Source: Candidatus Latescibacterota bacterium (lineage in GTDB: Bacteria > Latescibacterota > UBA2968 > SICM01). From it: a DNA stretch of 64,000 bases. A model generated the notes under the pieces. It saw nothing but the letters and a program-made list of their open reading frames with translations. It was not told where the DNA came from and ran no database searches. Position numbers and translations under genes: made by a program. Shown piece by piece: positions 59,247-64,000 of the stretch. Each line of letters starts with the position of its first letter. Within the stretch, counting starts at the first letter, position 1. The DNA lies in assembly GCA_965217865.1 (NCBI GenBank), contig CBDCJO010000002.1:5344001-5408000 (forward strand), read 5' to 3'.

Positions 59247-60650
59247 ATGAACATAGAAACCGTTAAGACCGTGAGACATTCTTTGGAAGGCCTGAGGGTC
59301 AAGGCCGTGGATCCGTCCGGGATCGGCGCTTCGGTCGGTATTCTCCCTGGGGATATGGTCGAACAGATCAACGGGGAGGACCTGCGGGACCCGATCGATT
59401 ACCGGTTCCAGATCAGCGATGAGGTTCTACACCTGAGGGGCCGCCGGGGAACTGAGACCTGGGTCGCTGAGATCGAGAAAGATTTCGATGAGGATCTCGG
59501 GATCGTTTTTGAAGACATGGACATCCTGAAGTGCGATAATGCCTGTGTGTTCTGTTTTCTTCACCAGATGCCCAAGGGCATGAGGCGTTCTTTATATTAC
59601 CAGGATGACGATTATCGTCTATCGTTTTTACACGGGGCCTATGTCACCCTGACCAACCTTTCGGAGCCGGAGTTTAATCGGATTATCGACCAGCGGCTCA
59701 GCCCGATATACATCTCCGTTCACGCAACGCAACCCGATCTCCGTGGTAGGCTTTTGGGACGAAGGGGATCGGACGATGTTCTCCCGAGGATCGAACGGCT
59801 CGCTTCAAAGGGGATTCAGATCCATACCCAAGTGGTTCTTTGCCCGGGCTTGAACGACGGCGACCATCTCAAACAGACCGTCTTCGACCTTGCCCGGTGG
59901 CATCCCCACGTCGCTTCGGTCGGGATCGTCCCGGTCGGCCTCACCCGTTATCGGAAAAATCTTCCCCGACTTGAACCGGTAACACCTTCATTGGCAAACC
60001 AATATATTTCGGTCGCAAAAGAGTGGCAAGGCAGTTTTCGCAGGCGCCTGGGGACTAACTTTGTCTACATGAGCGATGAGTTCTTCCTCATGTCCGGATC
60101 GGAAATCCCCTCAGGCGACCATTACGATGACTTCCCCCTCGTGGAAAACGGTGTGGGCATGGTCCGTCGGTTTCTGGACCGGTTCGGAAAACGGGTCGAG
60201 GGGCTTTCCGGTTTTCCAAGACCCGTTCACCTTTCAGCCGTGACGGGTATCCTGGGAGGTGGATTTATGGAGGGCATGATATCCCGTCTGAATCAGGTCC
60301 CGGGGCTCGAAGTGAAACTTATTGTAGTCCGAAACCGATTCTTCGGAGATGGCATAACGGTCTCGGGGCTTCTCACGGGGAACGATGTCGGGGAGGCCTT
60401 GAAGGGTTGTCCACGGGATGGGGTGGTCCTCCTTCCACCTAATTGTGTCAGCGATGAAGGCGTTTTCCTCGACGGCCACACCCCGGCCGATCTTGAAAGG
60501 GACCTTAATATGGAATTGGTGGTGGGGGAATACGACCTGATCGCGAGCGTTGAAAAGGCCCTTGGGGAGGGGAGGCCGGATGTGAGACACGGAGGTAAGG
60601 GTCGGCGTCCGGGGTATCATCCTTACATAAGTCCCGATCAACATGCATAA
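59247..60650 (+). CDS. DUF512 / PDZ-containing radical-SAM-like protein
   Basis: CDNACVFCF..QMP, DDDYRLSFL.G, ISVH, ENGVG and VSGLLTG motifs. Confidence 0.9.
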   Translation: MNIETVKTVRHSLEGLRVKAVDPSGIGASVGILPGDMVEQINGEDLRDPIDYRFQISDEVLHLRGRRGTETWVAEIEKDFDEDLGIVFEDMDILKCDNACVFCFLHQMPKGMRRSLYYQDDDYRLSFLHGAYVTLTNLSEPEFNRIIDQRLSPIYISVHATQPDLRGRLLGRRGSDDVLPRIERLASKGIQIHTQVVLCPGLNDGDHLKQTVFDLARWHPHVASVGIVPVGLTRYRKNLPRLEPVTPSLANQYISVAKEWQGSFRRRLGTNFVYMSDEFFLMSGSEIPSGDHYDDFPLVENGVGMVRRFLDRFGKRVEGLSGFPRPVHLSAVTGILGGGFMEGMISRLNQVPGLEVKLIVVRNRFFGDGITVSGLLTGNDVGEALKGCPRDGVVLLPPNCVSDEGVFLDGHTPADLERDLNMELVVGEYDLIASVEKALGEGRPDVRHGGKGRRPGYHPYISPDQHA

Positions 60651-61953
60651 GCCCCTTGTTGCGATCGTAGGCCGGACCAATGTCGGCAAGTCCACTCTGT
60701 TTAACCGAATGGTTGGTCGCCGCCGCGCGGTGGTCGACGACCAACCCGGTGTCACTCGGGATCGGAACTATGCCGATGTTGATTGGAACCGCCAGTCGTT
60801 TCGGGTGGTGGACACGGGTGGTTTCGAGATCCACGCTTCGGGGCTGATTGCCTCCATCCGGGATCAGGTGGAAATGGCCCTGGATGAGGCGGACCTTGTC
60901 CTGGTCGTCGTGGATACCAAGACCGGCCCCACGGAAGATGATCGGGCGATCGCCCGGAGCGTTCTTGGGAAGGACAAACCCTACCTCCTTGTGGCGAACA
61001 AAGTCGATAACGAGAGGGACGAATCTGATGCAGCTCAGTTTTACAGATTGGGCCTGGGCGATCCGATCCCTGTATCGGCCTTGACGGGCAGGATGTCGGG
61101 AGATCTTATGGACCTGGTCCTGGATCGGTTCCCCAGAGAATTTCCGATGTCCTTCGAATCTTCGAGCATACCGAAGATCGCCGTTATCGGAAGACCCAAC
61201 GTGGGGAAGTCCACGTTCGTGAACGCCATGATCGGGACCGAACGTATGATCGTTGACCCTGTGCCGGGCACCACGCGCGATGCGATCGATACGTTGTGCC
61301 GTCGAGACGGAAAATCTTTTTTGTTGATCGACACTGCGGGTCTCCGAAAGCGATGGAAGGTCAGGGATGCCGTGGAGTTTTATAGCTCGATCCGGACCGT
61401 CAAGAGTCTGGATCGATGCGATGTGGCCATCGTCCTGACCGACGCAACGGAGGGTTGCACGGTCCAGGATGCCCAGGTGGCCGCGCAGGCACTGGAGTCC
61501 GGGAGGGGGATCGTGCTGGCCGTCAATAAGTGGGACCTGGTGGCCAAGGAGACAAATACGGCCAGGGACGCTCAGGGGGAGATCCACGACCGGTTCGCGT
61601 TTCTGGCGAACTATCCGACTGTCTTCATCTCAGCCCTTACGCGAAAGCGTGTGGTTCGGGTCGTCGATCTTGCCCTCGAAGTCTACGACCGGGGTATGGA
61701 CCGCATCTCCACCCCGGATCTGAACACCTTCCTTTCTGAGATGCAGGCCGTCTCCCCGCCCCCTTCTTCAAAGGGGGGCAATCCCAAACTCTTTTACGGC
61801 GTGCAGCGAGGTGTTGCCCCGCCCGAATTTGTATTTTTCTCCGGAAAGCCGAGAGCCATTCCAGATACATATCGGCGGTTCCTGGAAAGGAGGCTTCGGG
61901 AGCGTTTCGGTTTTTTCGGATCTCCGATAAGGATCGCTTTCAAGAGGAAGTAG
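60643..61953 (+). CDS. der: Ribosome biogenesis GTPase Der (EngA)
   Basis: Two G-domains (GRTNVGKS...DTGG...NKVD; GRPNVGKS...DTAG...NKWD) plus KH-like tail. Confidence 0.97.
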   Translation: MHKPLVAIVGRTNVGKSTLFNRMVGRRRAVVDDQPGVTRDRNYADVDWNRQSFRVVDTGGFEIHASGLIASIRDQVEMALDEADLVLVVVDTKTGPTEDDRAIARSVLGKDKPYLLVANKVDNERDESDAAQFYRLGLGDPIPVSALTGRMSGDLMDLVLDRFPREFPMSFESSSIPKIAVIGRPNVGKSTFVNAMIGTERMIVDPVPGTTRDAIDTLCRRDGKSFLLIDTAGLRKRWKVRDAVEFYSSIRTVKSLDRCDVAIVLTDATEGCTVQDAQVAAQALESGRGIVLAVNKWDLVAKETNTARDAQGEIHDRFAFLANYPTVFISALTRKRVVRVVDLALEVYDRGMDRISTPDLNTFLSEMQAVSPPPSSKGGNPKLFYGVQRGVAPPEFVFFSGKPRAIPDTYRRFLERRLRERFGFFGSPIRIAFKRK

Positions 61954-61963
61954 CCATCCGACC

Positions 61964-62395
61964 ATGCGTTCTGGCTCAAAAAAAATATACTATTCGATAA
62001 GCGAAGTCTCCGAGATGACCGGGATCAAACCCCATATCCTCAGGTTCTGGGAGAAGGACTTACCGATGCTCCGCCCGCGGAAGAATCGGGGAGGAAACCG
62101 TACCTACCGGGAACGGGAGATCCGGGTCGTCCTGGCGTTCAAACGGCTGCTCTATGACGAAGGCTATACAATCAAGGGGGCCTCTAACAGGCTTCGCCAG
62201 GACCGATCGACGATCGATGAGGTCCAAATCGAATCAGTGATAAGCGGGGGGAAGAATCCAGAGGGTTCCCCCGGAACCGAAATTCAGGACCCTTCGACCG
62301 ACGCCCTCGGGGATGTCCTCAAAAACCTCCGGAGAGAACTGAACGATCTCCTGCGCATCCTCGACTCCCACGGTCAAAAACCAAGGGGCCTGTGA
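61964..62395 (+). CDS. MerR-family transcriptional regulator
   Basis: YYSISEV...PHILRFWE...P.KNRGGNR.Y...GYTI.GA. Confidence 0.92.
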   Translation: MRSGSKKIYYSISEVSEMTGIKPHILRFWEKDLPMLRPRKNRGGNRTYREREIRVVLAFKRLLYDEGYTIKGASNRLRQDRSTIDEVQIESVISGGKNPEGSPGTEIQDPSTDALGDVLKNLRRELNDLLRILDSHGQKPRGL

Positions 62396-62479
62396 ATCCT
62401 TGTCCCGTTTCGATCGACCCCTTAAAACCGTGAAAATCACTTGCATCCAGAATCCAGATTTTCTATATTCAAAGGTGTG

Positions 62480-62503
62480 GAGTGGGCTGCGGCCCACTCT
62501 TTT
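62480..62503 (+). promoter_or_regulatory. rimP-nusA leader hairpin
   Basis: GAGTGGGC-TGCG-GCCCACTC-TTTT just downstream of a TTGCAT-N17-TATATT promoter. Confidence 0.6.
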
Positions 62504-62535
62504 GGTTATGGGCTCATGGGATCATCAATCGCGCC

Positions 62536-62985
62536 ATGGACGACGCTGAGGTAGTCGAGCGGATCGAACGGGTTATTCGCCCCTTGCTCGAATCGGAGGA
62601 GGTTGAACTTGTCGATCTAAATCTCGGCGGAAACCAAAGGAGAAGAACCCTCCGGGTATTCGTGGACCGTCCTGGGAGGATCACCCTGGATGAATGTGCC
62701 AGGCTGAACCGGATGATCGGGAATGTCATGGACCTGGAAGACCCGATCGAAGGATCATACATCCTTGAGGTTTCTTCTCCCGGTTTGGACCGACTCCTCA
62801 AGAAAGAGAAGGACTATCTTCGATCCCTCGGGAGAAAGGTCAAAATTATCCTTTCCACAGGGGCCCTCCACACGGGTTTCTTAAAGGCATGTGACCAGCG
62901 ATCGATCTCCCTCGATGTAGAAGGAGAAATCTTGATTCTGGAGCGGGGTTCGATTGCGAAGGCGAAATTGGAGGTTGAATTTTAA
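62536..62985 (+). CDS. rimP: Ribosome maturation factor RimP
   Basis: LRVFVD...ITLDEC and Y.LEVSSPGLDR motifs. Confidence 0.95.
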   Translation: MDDAEVVERIERVIRPLLESEEVELVDLNLGGNQRRRTLRVFVDRPGRITLDECARLNRMIGNVMDLEDPIEGSYILEVSSPGLDRLLKKEKDYLRSLGRKVKIILSTGALHTGFLKACDQRSISLDVEGEILILERGSIAKAKLEVEF

Positions 62986-63057
62986 GCGGGAAGACAGGCG
63001 TTTCGTACCGGAGCGGTAGACGGTTCAAAATCGGATCAACGTCCGGAGGATGTTTGA

Positions 63058-64000
63058 ATGAATTATGAGGTAATGGAGGCCCTGAATCAGATCGCCCAAG
63101 AGAAGAACGTTGATAAAGGCCTCGTGATCGAGACTTTGAAGGTCGGTCTCCAATCGGCTGCGAAGAAGCGGTACGGGGGCGGGGACAACATCGAAGTGGA
63201 AGTCGATCCAGATGACGGCAAGATCAATATTTTCGCCGTCCTGGAAGTCGTCGAGGATCCGAATGAAGCGGAAGATCCGCTTCAGGCCGTGTCGTTGGCC
63301 CGGGCTCAGGAGATCGATCCCAAAGCCGAGATCGGATCGACTGTCCGGGAGACCCTCAATGTATCCGAATTCGGCCGGAATGCCATCCAGACCGCCAAGC
63401 AGATCCTTGTCCAAAGGGTGAGGGAAGCCGAGAGAGATAGGATATTCGATGATTTCCAGGCGCGGATCGGGGAGATCATCACGGGTACGGTTCAGCAGGT
63501 GAGCCGGGGAGAGGTCTACGTGAACCTGGGGCGGACCGAAGCCGTTCTTCCATTGAAAGAGCAGATTCGTAAAGAGAAATATCGGCAAGGCGACACGATC
63601 CGGGCATATGTCAGCGATGTCTTGAAGACAACCAAAGGCCCCCAGGTGGTCATCTCCCGCACCCACCCGAAATTCCTTGAGAAGCTTTTCCAGTTCGAAG
63701 TTCCTGAGATATACGAAGGTCTCGTGGAGATCAAGTCGGTCGCCCGCGAACCGGGCGAAAGGTCGAAGATCGCCGTTGCTTCCAAAGAAGAGCGGATCGA
63801 TCCCGTCGGGGCGTGTGTGGGGATGAAAGGCTCCCGGGTTCAGGCCATCGTCCGAGAGCTGTCCAACGAGAGAATTGACATCGTCCCGTGGAACGAAGAC
63901 GAGGCCATGTTCTTGTCCCGAGCGCTCAGCCCGGCCAAGGTCGTGCGGGTGGCGGTTGACCGTAAGGAACACCGGATGGCCGCCCTGGTCCAAGAAGATC
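63058..64000 (+). CDS. nusA: Transcription termination/antitermination factor NusA (3' truncated by the window)
   Basis: Manual translation MNYEVMEALNQIAQEKNVDK...FGRNAIQTAKQ...SRTHP...FEVPEI...AREPGERSKIAV...DPVGACVGMKGSR; follows rimP. Confidence 0.96.
   Translation, partial: MNYEVMEALNQIAQEKNVDKGLVIETLKVGLQSAAKKRYGGGDNIEVEVDPDDGKINIFAVLEVVEDPNEAEDPLQAVSLARAQEIDPKAEIGSTVRETLNVSEFGRNAIQTAKQILVQRVREAERDRIFDDFQARIGEIITGTVQQVSRGEVYVNLGRTEAVLPLKEQIRKEKYRQGDTIRAYVSDVLKTTKGPQVVISRTHPKFLEKLFQFEVPEIYEGLVEIKSVAREPGERSKIAVASKEERIDPVGACVGMKGSRVQAIVRELSNERIDIVPWNEDEAMFLSRALSPAKVVRVAVDRKEHRMAALVQED

Noticed and set aside
63025-63993. 322-aa minus-strand ORF (likewise 4905..5876, 15013..15933, 27296..28051, 39754..40602, 60505..61587)
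   Set aside because: Antisense shadows of well-supported genes (nusA, transposase, mqnC, Ldh_2, isomerase, der)
1-64000. tRNA, rRNA, prophage or integrase
   Set aside because: No cloverleaf with T-loop/CCA signature, no rRNA motifs and no phage or integrase proteins recognised

Overview
Chromosomal bacterial window (GC-rich coding, AT-richer spacers). The flagellin, the FlgD/T9SS-like C-terminal domain protein and the futalosine pathway suggest an FCB-superphylum organism such as Ca. Latescibacterota; this taxonomy is inference. Core genes are intact: the futalosine menaquinone cluster (ubiX, ubiA, mqnA, mqnC, mqnE, ubiD), apt, acyP, nagB-ACP-(Re-citrate-synthase-like)-pta, greA, DUF512-der-MerR-rimP-nusA (partial). 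About 15 accessory genes carry frameshifts, nonsense codons or internal deletions: NTT-HEAT transporter, TolC-like protein, four-helix-bundle gene, Mo-hydroxylase large subunit, two OmpA-domain genes, SRPBCC, HigA/toxin pair, rhaA, RAYT, gsmt, xylB, the exosortase partner, a large disordered protein and flagellin. One complete IS (DUF772/DDE, CTAG duplication) and several REP-like and heptamer repeat families are present. The best candidate for an undescribed system is an exosortase operon (48427-50525). It sits behind a sigma-28-type promoter and a perfect CRP-type box. Its membrane partner runs in frame into a signal-peptide-bearing substrate that ends in an unusual IPLMP-TM-basic sorting tail. 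No rRNA, tRNA or CRISPR array was seen. All family calls come from motif recognition, not database searches.
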